DNA from: Desulfatiglandales bacterium
GTDB taxonomy: Bacteria > Desulfobacterota > DSM-4660 > Desulfatiglandales > Desulfatiglandaceae
DNA length: 64,000 bases
Direction: 5' to 3'
NCBI GenBank assembly: GCA_963666345.1
Contig: OY762721.1
Location: 1,152,001 to 1,216,000, forward strand
Shown one piece after another: positions 50,557 to 60,587 of this stretch. The translations under genes were made by a program, and so were the position numbers. How positions within the stretch are numbered: position 1 is the first letter of the stretch; every line of letters begins with the position of its first letter. The notes under the pieces are model-generated. The model had not been told where the DNA came from. It searched no databases and worked only from the letters and a program-made list of their open reading frames with translations.

Positions 50557-53500
50557 TATCGTGATACTCCTGAAGTGTTTTAACTTTCAATTCGCCTCTT
50601 TTCATCGACCTTATTGCCAGAGCAGTAGCCCTTGCTCCCGCCAGTGTCGTGGTATAAGGGATATCGAAGGCAAGGGCCGCCCTTCTTATGGAATACGACT
50701 CCGACACCGTCTTCTTGCTCCCGGTCGTGTTTATTATCAGGTCGATGTCTCCATTTTTGATCATGTCTAGTATGTGGGGTCTGCCCTCCCGGACCTTGTT
50801 CACCCTTTTGTTTGGTATATCACTGTGTTCAAAATACCGGGAAGTACCCTTTGTTGCCGCAATCACAAAACCGATTTCATGCAGAATGGTCGCGATATCA
50901 GCCAGGGCCTTCTTGTCTTTATCCTTCGCGCTTATGAATACGGTACCACCGAGTGGAAGGTGCTGGCCTGCCGCAAGCTGGGATTTGGCAAAGGCAAGCC
51001 CGAAGCTCCTGTCGATGCCCATTACCTCGCCTGTCGATTTCATCTCCGGCCCCAGGATCGTATCCACCCCCGAGAACCTGGAAAAGGGAAACACCGACTC
51101 CTTGACACAGACGTGGGAAGGCATGGAATCCCCGCTCATCTTCTCCTCCTTGAGGCCCAGATCATCCAGCATTTCCCCCAGGATCACTCTTGTCGCCAAT
51201 TTTGCCAGGGAAACGCCGGTAGCCTTGCTTACGAACGGCACCGTGCGCGAGGCCCTCGGGTTGACTTCCAGGATATAGATGACATTATCCTTGACCGCGT
51301 ACTGGATATTCATAAGACCCACCACTGCCAGTTCCTTTGCTATAGCCTTTGTGTGCTCTTTTATCTTTTCGATAATTCCTTCGTTCAGGGATATGGGAGG
51401 AAGGACGCAGGCACTGTCACCGCTGTGTATACCGGCCTCCTCGATATGCTCCATGATGCCGCCTATAAATGTATCAGACCCGTCGGACAGGGCATCCACA
51501 TCTATCTCGGTCGTGTCCTCAAGAAATTTATCTATCAAAACAGGTTTTCCGGGAGAAACCTTAACCGCGCTTTCCATGTAAAACATGAGGTCTTCTTCGT
51601 CATATACGACCTTCATAGCCCGTCCGCCCAGCACAAAGGAAGGCCTCACCACAACCGGGTATCCGATCCCGGAGGCTACCCTGACCGCATCATCCTTGTT
51701 TATGGCGATACCGTTTTCAGGTTGAAGTATATCCAGTTTCTTAAGCAGTAATTGAAACCGCTCCCTGTCCTCGGCCCTGTCAATGCTGTCCGGACTTGTC
51801 CCCAGGATCTTGACGCCCTCCCGGGCAAGGGAGTTTGAGATATTCAGCGGAGTCTGACCTCCAAACTGGACTATTACGCCTTCAGGCCGCTCCTGTTCAA
51901 TTATATTGAGAACGTCTTCCCTTGTTAAGGGTTCAAAATAGAGTTTGTCCGATGTGTCATAGTCCGTACTCACCGTTTCAGGATTGCTGTTTACCATTAT
52001 ACTTTCGACACCGAGTTCCTTCAGGGCGATCGATGCCTGCACGCAACAGTAATCAAACTCTATCCCCTGACCTATCCTGTTGGGGCCCCCTCCCAGTATC
52101 ACCACCTTCTTTCTGTCCGAACGCCTTATCTCATTTTCCTCTTCATAGGTCGAATAATAATAGGGGGTGTATGCTTCGAATTCCGCGGCACAGGTATCTA
52201 CGAGTTTGTAGACGGGGGTTATCCCCTTTGCCACCCTGATATCTCTGACGTCCTTCTCGTCACGACCGGACAGATCGGCGATCTGCCTGTCTGAAAAGCC
52301 ATACTCCTTTACGCGTGCCAGGAAATCCTCATCCCATTGAGACGGGTCCTCATTCCTTTCAAGACGCCTGCACATCTCAACCTCAAGGCCGTATATCTGC
52401 GAAATGTTATAGATAAACCAGGGGTCTATTGAAGTCAGGCCGCATATCTTTTCGATGCTCATCCCCGCCCTCAGTGCCTCTATTATATAAAACAGACGCT
52501 CCGAATTGGGTTTGATAAGCCTGTTTTCAATCTCCTCCCGGTCGGCGTACTCATGTCTCTTGCCGGGCATATCGGCTCCGAGGCCGAATCTGCCTGTCTC
52601 AAGGGATCTTACCGCCTTTTGAAGGGCTTCCTTGAAGGTCCTTCCGATTGCCATGGTCTCGCCCACCGATTTCATCGAAGTGGACAGGAGGTCTTCGGCT
52701 CCGGGGAACTTTTCAAATGTCCATCTGGGCACCTTGACGACACAGTAATCTATAGCAGGTTCAAAAGAGGCGCGGGTCTTTTTGGTGATATCGTTTGCTA
52801 TCTCATCCAGTGTGTAACCGACGGCAAGTTTGGCCGCGATCTTGGCTATGGGAAATCCCGTTGCCTTCGATGCCAGGGCGGAACTTCTCGACACCCTTGG
52901 ATTCATCTCTATTACCACCATTTCGCCTGTCCCGGGATGGATGGCGAACTGCACGTTGGATCCTCCGGTTTCGACTCCGATCTCCCTCATTATGTCTATG
53001 GAGGCATCCCTCATCTGCTGGTATTCCCTGTCCGTAAGGGTTTGAGCGGGAGCGACTGTTATGCTGTCGCCCGTATGAACACCCATGGGATCAAGATTTT
53101 CTATCGAACATATGATCACCACATTGTCCTTGAAATCACGCATTACCTCCAGTTCGTACTCCTTCCAGCCCAGCAGAGATTCCTCCAGGATGATCTCCGA
53201 GATCATGCTGACTTCAAGCCCCGACTTTGCCAGGGACTCCATCTCTTCCCCGTTATAGGCGACTCCGCTTCCCGCCCCCCCGAGCGTGAAGCTCGCCCTT
53301 ATAATAAGAGGATATCCTATCTGTTCGGCCACACTCCTGGCCTCCGCCATATTCCGAGCGATTCCGTTTCTGGGGACCCTGAGGCCTATCCTGTTCATGG
53401 CATCACGAAAAAGTTCCCTGTCCTCCGCCTTCCGTATAACAGGGATGGAGGCGCCTATCATCTCCACGCCAAGCTCATCAAAGATCCCTGTTTCGGCGAC

Positions 53501-53803
53501 CTTCACGGCGGTGTTGAGACCTGTCTGCCCTCCCAGTGTGGGAAGGACCGCATCAGGTCTTTCCCTTTCGACTATCTTGGCGACTATCTCAGGAGTTATC
53601 GGCTCCACGTATGTACGCCGGGCCACTCCGGGATCGGTCATGATGGTGGCGGGATTGCTGTTTACAAGGACCACCTCATAGCCTTCCTGCATCAGTGCCT
53701 TGCACGCCTGGGTTCCGGAATAATCAAACTCGCACGCCTGGCCGATCACGATCGGACCGGAACCTATTATAAGGATCTTATTTATGTCTTTTCTCTTTGG
53801 CAT
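50549..53803 (-). CDS. carB: Carbamoyl-phosphate synthase large subunit
   Basis: [32 protein letters not shown], two ATP-grasp domains, MGS domain. Confidence 0.98.
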   Translation of the reverse strand: MPKRKDINKILIIGSGPIVIGQACEFDYSGTQACKALMQEGYEVVLVNSNPATIMTDPGVARRTYVEPITPEIVAKIVERERPDAVLPTLGGQTGLNTAVKVAETGIFDELGVEMIGASIPVIRKAEDRELFRDAMNRIGLRVPRNGIARNMAEARSVAEQIGYPLIIRASFTLGGAGSGVAYNGEEMESLAKSGLEVSMISEIILEESLLGWKEYELEVMRDFKDNVVIICSIENLDPMGVHTGDSITVAPAQTLTDREYQQMRDASIDIMREIGVETGGSNVQFAIHPGTGEMVVIEMNPRVSRSSALASKATGFPIAKIAAKLAVGYTLDEIANDITKKTRASFEPAIDYCVVKVPRWTFEKFPGAEDLLSTSMKSVGETMAIGRTFKEALQKAVRSLETGRFGLGADMPGKRHEYADREEIENRLIKPNSERLFYIIEALRAGMSIEKICGLTSIDPWFIYNISQIYGLEVEMCRRLERNEDPSQWDEDFLARVKEYGFSDRQIADLSGRDEKDVRDIRVAKGITPVYKLVDTCAAEFEAYTPYYYSTYEEENEIRRSDRKKVVILGGGPNRIGQGIEFDYCCVQASIALKELGVESIMVNSNPETVSTDYDTSDKLYFEPLTREDVLNIIEQERPEGVIVQFGGQTPLNISNSLAREGVKILGTSPDSIDRAEDRERFQLLLKKLDILQPENGIAINKDDAVRVASGIGYPVVVRPSFVLGGRAMKVVYDEEDLMFYMESAVKVSPGKPVLIDKFLEDTTEIDVDALSDGSDTFIGGIMEHIEEAGIHSGDSACVLPPISLNEGIIEKIKEHTKAIAKELAVVGLMNIQYAVKDNVIYILEVNPRASRTVPFVSKATGVSLAKLATRVILGEMLDDLGLKEEKMSGDSMPSHVCVKESVFPFSRFSGVDTILGPEMKSTGEVMGIDRSFGLAFAKSQLAAGQHLPLGGTVFISAKDKDKKALADIATILHEIGFVIAATKGTSRYFEHSDIPNKRVNKVREGRPHILDMIKNGDIDLIINTTGSKKTVSESYSIRRAALAFDIPYTTTLAGARATALAIRSMKRGELKVKTLQEYHDNV

Positions 53804-53804
53804 C

Positions 53805-54971
53805 TCATAAACTCGGTCGGGAAAGACCGGATTCGGTCTTCATCATGTCAATAAACCTGTCGAAAAGATAATCCGCGTCATGCGGACCCGGGCACGCCTC
53901 AGGGTGGTACTGCACTGAAAAAAGGGGCATCTTCCTGTGCACGAGGCCCTCCAGGGTCCCGTCATTCAGATTTATATGGCTCAACTCGACATCGGCATGC
54001 CTGAGCGATTCAAGGTCCACGCAGAATCCGTGATTCTGAGATGTAATCTCCACCTTTCCGGTTTTCATGTCCTTGACCGGCTGATTTCCACCCCTGTGAC
54101 CGAATTTCAATTTGAAGGTCTTCCCTCCCAGGGCAAGACCTATCAGCTGATGTCCCAGGCAGATACCGAAGATCGGCCTCCTGGACATCTGAGCCTTTAC
54201 CGTGTCCACCCCGTAGGTCACGGCTGAAGGATCACCCGGGCCGTTACTGAGAAAAAGTCCGTCCGGATCGAGCCTGTCAATGGTCTTAGAATCGGTGTCG
54301 GCGGGAACGACAAGCACGTTGCATCCTCTCTTTACAAGGGATCTCAGTATGTTCCATTTGGCGCCGAAGTCGATCGCTATGACACGCAAACGCCCGCTGT
54401 CCGGCCACTCAAAGACGTCCAGCCCCCCTGCGGGCCTTGTCCGCTCTTCATCCGTCCAGATCGCAGGCTCCCTGCAGGTTACCTCCCGCACAAGATCCCT
54501 TCCGACCATATCGGGCGCGTTCCTTGCCGTCCGCACAAGCACCTGAGTATCCGTTTCCTCGGTTGAAAGGGCAGCCTTCATTGCACCTTCAAGCCTTATG
54601 TGTCTTGTCAGTGCCCGCGTATCAATACCTTCTATCCCCGGAACGCCTGATTCCATAAGGTAATCGGCGAGGCTTTTCCCGGACCTCCAGTTGCTGGGGA
54701 ACCTCTGGTATTCCTTGATGAGAAGGGCGGAGGCCTGGATCCTGTCGGATTCTATGTCATCCTCATTTGTACCGTAATTACCTATCAGTGGATAGGTCAT
54801 CGTGACCATCTGCCCGCAGTATGAGGGGTCGGTCAGGATCTCCTGATAGCCGGACATGCTGGTATTGAACACCACCTCACCCGTGGTACTGCAGGGGCCG
54901 GTAAAGGACCGTCCGGTAAATATCCTTCCATCCTCCAGTGCCAGAATTGCTTTCATCGCAGTCTGCTCCAA
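53805..54971 (-). CDS. carA: Carbamoyl-phosphate synthase small subunit (ATG probably 54956)
   Basis: [34 protein letters not shown]. Confidence 0.97.
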   Translation of the reverse strand: MEQTAMKAILALEDGRIFTGRSFTGPCSTTGEVVFNTSMSGYQEILTDPSYCGQMVTMTYPLIGNYGTNEDDIESDRIQASALLIKEYQRFPSNWRSGKSLADYLMESGVPGIEGIDTRALTRHIRLEGAMKAALSTEETDTQVLVRTARNAPDMVGRDLVREVTCREPAIWTDEERTRPAGGLDVFEWPDSGRLRVIAIDFGAKWNILRSLVKRGCNVLVVPADTDSKTIDRLDPDGLFLSNGPGDPSAVTYGVDTVKAQMSRRPIFGICLGHQLIGLALGGKTFKLKFGHRGGNQPVKDMKTGKVEITSQNHGFCVDLESLRHADVELSHINLNDGTLEGLVHRKMPLFSVQYHPEACPGPHDADYLFDRFIDMMKTESGLSRPSL

Positions 54972-54978
54972 ATATCAG

Positions 54979-55761
54979 CTACTCCCATGTTTTTCTTATC
55001 TTGACACCCCTTTTTAAAAGGCTCTCCTTTATATCCCTTATACTGTAGGTGCCGTAATGGACGATGGATGCCACAAGCGCGGCATCGGCCTTGCCCGATT
55101 TGAAGGAATCATACATGTGGTCAAGACTCCCCGCTCCCCCGGAGGCGATAACGGGAATCCCGACGTTTTCAGAAATAAGAGAGGTAAGCCTCAGCTCGTA
55201 ACCCTGCCTGGTGCCGTCCGCGTCTATGGAATTAAGGCATATCTCCCCTGCCCCGAGTTCTTCTCCCTTCAGGGCCCATGAAAGTGCGTCAAGACCCGTA
55301 CAGGTCCTGCCGCCATGTATGACGATTTCGTATCCGGAAGGAATCGATTCCGAGGGTGTAATCCTTTTTACATCCATTCCGAGCACGATGCACTGGCTTC
55401 CGAACGCGGCGGCCCCATCTGAAATCAGCCCCGGATTTTTTACCGCCTCGCTGTTGATGCTGACCTTCTCTGCACCCGCTAAAAGAACGTTTCTCATATC
55501 TTCCACAGACCTTATACCGCCGCCCACGGAAAAGGGTATGAATATTTCTCCCGCCACCCGTCTAACCACGTCTATCATTATATCCCGCCGGTCACTTGAC
55601 GCGGTGATATCGTAAAAGACTATCTCATCGGCTCCCTGCTCATAGTAATACCTTGCCATCTCGACCGGATCGCCGATATCTATATTTTCCCTGAATTTTA
55701 TACCCTTTGTGGTTTTACCCTCCCTTACGTCCAGGCAGGGTATAATTCGCTTACTAAGCAT
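54979..55761 (-). CDS. hisF: Imidazole glycerol phosphate synthase cyclase subunit
   Basis: [30 protein letters not shown]. Confidence 0.97.
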   Translation of the reverse strand: MLSKRIIPCLDVREGKTTKGIKFRENIDIGDPVEMARYYYEQGADEIVFYDITASSDRRDIMIDVVRRVAGEIFIPFSVGGGIRSVEDMRNVLLAGAEKVSINSEAVKNPGLISDGAAAFGSQCIVLGMDVKRITPSESIPSGYEIVIHGGRTCTGLDALSWALKGEELGAGEICLNSIDADGTRQGYELRLTSLISENVGIPVIASGGAGSLDHMYDSFKSGKADAALVASIVHYGTYSIRDIKESLLKRGVKIRKTWE

Positions 55762-56389
55762 AGGCTCCATCCCATGCGCAGAAATTCCTTAATATTCTCA
55801 ATCCGGGCCAGGCGCTCTTTTCCGGATGAAACTGCGTCGCTATAAGATTCTTTCTCCCTATTACGGAGGGAAATTCGATCCCGTATTCGCTCCGGCCTAT
55901 TATATGCCTTTCCAGTGCCGGCATGGGGTAATAGGAATGCACAAAGTAAAATTCATCATCCCGGCCTATCCCATCAAGAACAGGATGCGTTCCATTGTGC
56001 CGAACCCCGTTCCACCCCATGTGCGGAATCTTGAGACGTTCCCCACCCTTTTCGTATAAGGGCGATTCAAAACGACGGACCCTGCCCTTAATGAGTCCAA
56101 TGCAGGTCGTATCGTTTTCCTCACTCATTTCCATAATTATCTGGGCCCCGAGACAAATCCCCATAAGGGGGATCCCCGATTCGAAGACATCCCTCAGCAC
56201 CCTGTTCACACCTGAACCTTCAAGGTCATCCATTGCGCTGCCGGCGGCTCCCACGCCCGGGAATATGACCCGTTCGGATTCAAGGATTTCTTCTCTTTCA
56301 TTTGTTATCCTGCATGGAAATCCAAGGCCTTTTAAGGCCCTCTCAACGCTTTTGAGATTCCCCGCCTTGTAGTCTATAATGGCTATCAT
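55754..56389 (-). CDS. hisH: Imidazole glycerol phosphate synthase glutaminase subunit
   Basis: IIDY.AGNL.SV, PGVG, GICLG.Q, PHMGWN, QFHPEKS. Confidence 0.97.
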   Translation of the reverse strand: MIAIIDYKAGNLKSVERALKGLGFPCRITNEREEILESERVIFPGVGAAGSAMDDLEGSGVNRVLRDVFESGIPLMGICLGAQIIMEMSEENDTTCIGLIKGRVRRFESPLYEKGGERLKIPHMGWNGVRHNGTHPVLDGIGRDDEFYFVHSYYPMPALERHIIGRSEYGIEFPSVIGRKNLIATQFHPEKSAWPGLRILRNFCAWDGAYA

Positions 56390-56543
56390 TTAAGATCCAT
56401 AAAGATAGTGAGACAGTATCTCCCCTGAGGATACAGGTTACTTATAAGATTCAGGATTTTCAAGAATTTGCTTAATCAAATTGATCAGGAAATCCCTCGA
56501 GTAATTCTAGCTGATAATCCCGGAACTCAATTTCAAGTAAATA

Positions 56544-56559
56544 TGCAAGTGTAGTGCCA
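56544..56559 (-). promoter_or_regulatory. Sigma-54 promoter upstream of hisH-hisF-carA-carB-purF
   Basis: Reverse complement TGGCAC-TACAC-TTGCA, consensus match. Confidence 0.85.
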
Positions 56560-56767
56560 ATCCATTTATAAAGATCGATTCCAAAGACAATCAATAAGTT
56601 AGGATCTTTCCTTCTGATTTTCAGGCAAGAACTGCAACAATTTTGTATGTATTAACGTTTATAATAATAAAGGTATTTTTGTCCAGAAAATCCGGGCGCT
56701 GCACTTTGATCAAACACCCGGTCGCCTGAGCGTACCGGCTGCAAGCAGGCAAAAAAGTAAAGCAGGG

Positions 56768-57158
56768 GCAGCGTTATTTGTTATAGGTTATTCGGAAAAA
56801 CCGTAAAAACACACATGCCCGCTTCCATATACCCTCATCAGTTAACGCACAAGCGCAGGTGCCGGAACTGCTTTTTCCGGCCTTATCTCACAAAAAAATA
56901 CCACAGGAAGTCCCGGTGGCCGGATACCGGGCTTTCTTTCACGGTGCCCTGTCAGCTAATGTAACGCCCGCAAAAGCCCTTGGATACGGCCACTTTTCCG
57001 TCAAGTATAGAGAAGGACGGAAAAAGGAGTGCCGGCGCCGGAGCGGAAGCCATGCAGACGTGCAGTGTTATTTGTTATCGGTTATTCGGAAAAACCGTAA
57101 AAACACACATGCCCGGTTCCTTATGCCTCTATCTGCTAACGCATAAGCGGAGGCGCCG
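56768..57158 (+). repeat. Two 97-bp direct repeats (56768-56864, 57062-57158)
   Basis: Shared GCAG.GTTATTTGTTAT.GGTTATTCGGAAAAACCGTAAAAACACACATGCCCG...TAACGCA.AAGCG.AGG.GCCG. Confidence 0.8.
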
Positions 57159-57286
57159 TAGCGTTTACCGGTTAAACTGCCGAATGTGTCTTTTTAAAAC
57201 CGATCGCATAAACACATAAAAGTATTGACAATGGGCCTTGATCACGAATATTTAATCAGGGATAAGTTACACTATTATTAACTTAA

Positions 57287-57652
<366 letters not shown>

Positions 57653-57886
57653 GGTCCAACCGGAAACGGCCCTTCTTCACAATTCCAGTGTCAATCGGCG
57701 GGATTTGTTGTCCGACGTATTATAGTCGCCTAATTCCTTGAATTCTTCGCTGTGGGCTCAGTCCCACCCGTCGACAGGCTCGGGGCGGGTTCCCGGCATC
57801 CTTGATCCTGAAAAAAATGGCCCATTCCCGAATCTGACACTTGATAAACCCCTTGTTTGATTGATGGATAGACGATATCTACGTAA

Positions 57887-60481
57887 TTGTATAATGCCAC
57901 CGACATAGCGGAAAAATTCATAGAATCAAGAGCTGAGCTCTTTTATAAGGGGCTTAAAGAATATACCGGTTTGACCCTGGCCCGCAAATACACTCACCTC
58001 ATGGACCGCTTTGTCAGTGCCCTTTTCTCCTTTCAGGGGCGGAAAAGATCCTCTAAAAAATCAGGAACAGACGTTTTTGCCCTGCTGGCCTTAGGCAGTT
58101 ACGGCAGACGGGAGCTGTGCCTTAACTCCGATGTGGATCTTATGATAGTTCACCAGGGCAGGCTCGGCAGTGAAATGGAAAGGGTTATCTCATCCACCCT
58201 TTACCCTCTCTGGGACTCAAAGATTGAAGTAGGTCATTCCATCGTCTCCGTGCAGGAATGCATCCACCTTGCCTTTCAGGATTTCAGGGTCCTGACCTCT
58301 TTGATGGACTGCCGATTTATCCTGGGATCCGGATCTTTTTTCAGGCTTTTTGAAGAGGCCCTTTACTCCAGGATATCCCGTGAAGGTAAAAAAATCCTGA
58401 CTCAGTTTCTAATCCTCCAGCAGGATCGCGCCGACAGATCAAACAGGGAAGGAGCCTTCCTGGAACCTGACATAAAGGAAGGCCTGGGCGGTCTCAGGGA
58501 CCTTCACACCATGACCTGGATGTCCAGGGCGTTTTTCAAATGCAAAAAGATCAGCCAGATGAAAAAATATGAGGCCTTTGCTCATTTCGAATTCAACAGA
58601 CTCTCCCGCTCCAGGGGCTTTCTCATAAGGCTGAGAAACCACCTTCATGCTCTTACCAAAAGAAAAGAAGACCACCTTCTTTTACCCTTTCAGCAGAAAA
58701 TCCCGCTTCTTCTTGGCTATAAAGACCGTTCCGGCATAAGTGCTGAAGAAAGTTTCATGAAGGAGCTCTACCTTCACATGAACCGTATAAGGTACGGATA
58801 TGAGCAGTTTCAGGTAAAAACCCTGGATATAATCTCTCCCTTCCCTCCATCACGACATAAAGGTCTTATACCATCTGAGGAATTTGAAATCATAAAGGGC
58901 AACCTTGTACTCGCCAAAGGAAGCCTGAAAGAAAAGGACCCGGGGGTGATACTAAGGGCACTTAACGAGGCGGACAGGCTCGGCCTCTATCTTGGATCCG
59001 GCTTCATCTGGGAGGCTGAAAAAATCCTGTCCCAAAGGGGAAAGGAGTTGAAATCATCCAAAGAGATGGGGGCACTTTTCCTTGGTTTCATGCTGAGACC
59101 TCCGGATTTCGATCTATTAAGGCTTTCTCTGGAAATCGGACTGATCAGCCTTTTCATACCTGAATTCAAGAAAATCAGGAATCTTCCACAGTTCGGTGTC
59201 TATCATGTTGAAACGGTTGATCTACACTCACTCAGGACCCTTCACATACTCAAGAAGATATCCCTGAGTGACGGCAAATGGCCCCAATTGAAACAGATCT
59301 TTGACAGCCTCAAAGACCCTGAACAGCTCTTTCTTGCCTGCGTCCTTCATGATATCGGCAAGGGATACGGATCGGATCATTGCCAAAAGGGGTCTGAACT
59401 GATCGCAAGAATCCTGAAAAGATTCAAAATAGGAGACAGGACAATTGAAACGGTAAAGTTTCTGGTCCTTAATCATGTCTTTCTCGCCCACATATCTCAA
59501 AGGAGGGATCTGAACGATGAAAAGACGGCCGTAAACGTGGCACAGACCGCAGGGGATAAAGACACCCTGGCGATGCTCCTTCTCCTGACTGTGGCGGACA
59601 GCTTTGCCACAGGGCCGCTCGCCAGAAGCGACTGGAAGATTCTTCTGATGATCGAACTCTACCGCAAGGCGGAAAACATACTTGAAAAGGGGATGTTGGC
59701 CTCCCCTGATGCCACGAAAAAGATACGGCAAAAAAGGGCATCCGCCCTTGAAACGGTAAAGGATCTCTTTCCCGCAAAGGAGATCTCAAAGCTCATGGAA
59801 GGCATTCCCGCCGGATATCTTCTCAACACCGATCCGGGAGATATTGAAGATCATTTAATGATGGCCCTGGACATGGGTAAAGATATCCATAAATGGCGGT
59901 TCAAAAAGATTGAAGACACCGGGATAACTCGAATCCTTCAGTGCATCAGGGACAGGCCCGGTTTCTTCAGCAAGATGGTAGGGGTCCTAACTCTTCACAA
60001 CATAAAGGTCATCACCTCTCAGATATATACCCTTAAAAACGGCCTTGCCTTTGACATCTACGAGGTCACTGACCCCTCCGATCCGGTTTACAATGAGGAA
60101 AAATGGCGCAGGATACGTGAGCAGATCATCCTGGCATTGGAAGAAGACCTGCCCCTGGACGAGATGATAAAAAGGAAGGGAAAGATGACCCTCTCAAAAG
60201 AGGGCTACAGCAGAAAAAAGGGCAAAAGGGTAACTGTGAGCAACCGCATATCGGATTTTTTCACCATAATAGAGGTATGGGCGGAACCGAGGCTGGGCCT
60301 TTTGTATGAATTGGGGAAAAGCATTTCATACCTTGGCCTTGATATAAGATTTGCAAGGTTCAACAGCGACGAAGAGCAGGTGACAGGGGTGTTCTATGTC
60401 AGGGACCGCTACGGCCAGAAGATAGAGGAGAGGGAAAAACTGCATCGGATAAGGGAGGATATAGGATCTCTCATCGCATAG
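57887..60481 (+). CDS. glnD: [Protein-PII] uridylyltransferase
   Basis: GSYGR.EL...SD.DL, K.G.GGLRD, HD domain (LHDIGKG), two ACT domains; start uncertain (TTG). Confidence 0.92.
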   Translation: MYNATDIAEKFIESRAELFYKGLKEYTGLTLARKYTHLMDRFVSALFSFQGRKRSSKKSGTDVFALLALGSYGRRELCLNSDVDLMIVHQGRLGSEMERVISSTLYPLWDSKIEVGHSIVSVQECIHLAFQDFRVLTSLMDCRFILGSGSFFRLFEEALYSRISREGKKILTQFLILQQDRADRSNREGAFLEPDIKEGLGGLRDLHTMTWMSRAFFKCKKISQMKKYEAFAHFEFNRLSRSRGFLIRLRNHLHALTKRKEDHLLLPFQQKIPLLLGYKDRSGISAEESFMKELYLHMNRIRYGYEQFQVKTLDIISPFPPSRHKGLIPSEEFEIIKGNLVLAKGSLKEKDPGVILRALNEADRLGLYLGSGFIWEAEKILSQRGKELKSSKEMGALFLGFMLRPPDFDLLRLSLEIGLISLFIPEFKKIRNLPQFGVYHVETVDLHSLRTLHILKKISLSDGKWPQLKQIFDSLKDPEQLFLACVLHDIGKGYGSDHCQKGSELIARILKRFKIGDRTIETVKFLVLNHVFLAHISQRRDLNDEKTAVNVAQTAGDKDTLAMLLLLTVADSFATGPLARSDWKILLMIELYRKAENILEKGMLASPDATKKIRQKRASALETVKDLFPAKEISKLMEGIPAGYLLNTDPGDIEDHLMMALDMGKDIHKWRFKKIEDTGITRILQCIRDRPGFFSKMVGVLTLHNIKVITSQIYTLKNGLAFDIYEVTDPSDPVYNEEKWRRIREQIILALEEDLPLDEMIKRKGKMTLSKEGYSRKKGKRVTVSNRISDFFTIIEVWAEPRLGLLYELGKSISYLGLDIRFARFNSDEEQVTGVFYVRDRYGQKIEEREKLHRIREDIGSLIA

Positions 60482-60587
60482 TATCGCCCTGATTCCCCAT
60501 CAAGACGCCATCTTGCCGGTGCGCCGGCACAACTCAAAGTCTCAAATCATTGCTGAATTTACACCAACCAGACGGAACAATTAGATA

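Noticed and set aside
50774..53854. Long plus-strand ORFs (325 aa and 433 aa)
   Set aside because: Antisense shadows of carB with no recognisable motifs
56700..57250. CRISPR array or glutamine riboswitch
   Set aside because: Only two long repeats without a spacer pattern, no cas genes, and no recognisable glnA-motif consensus
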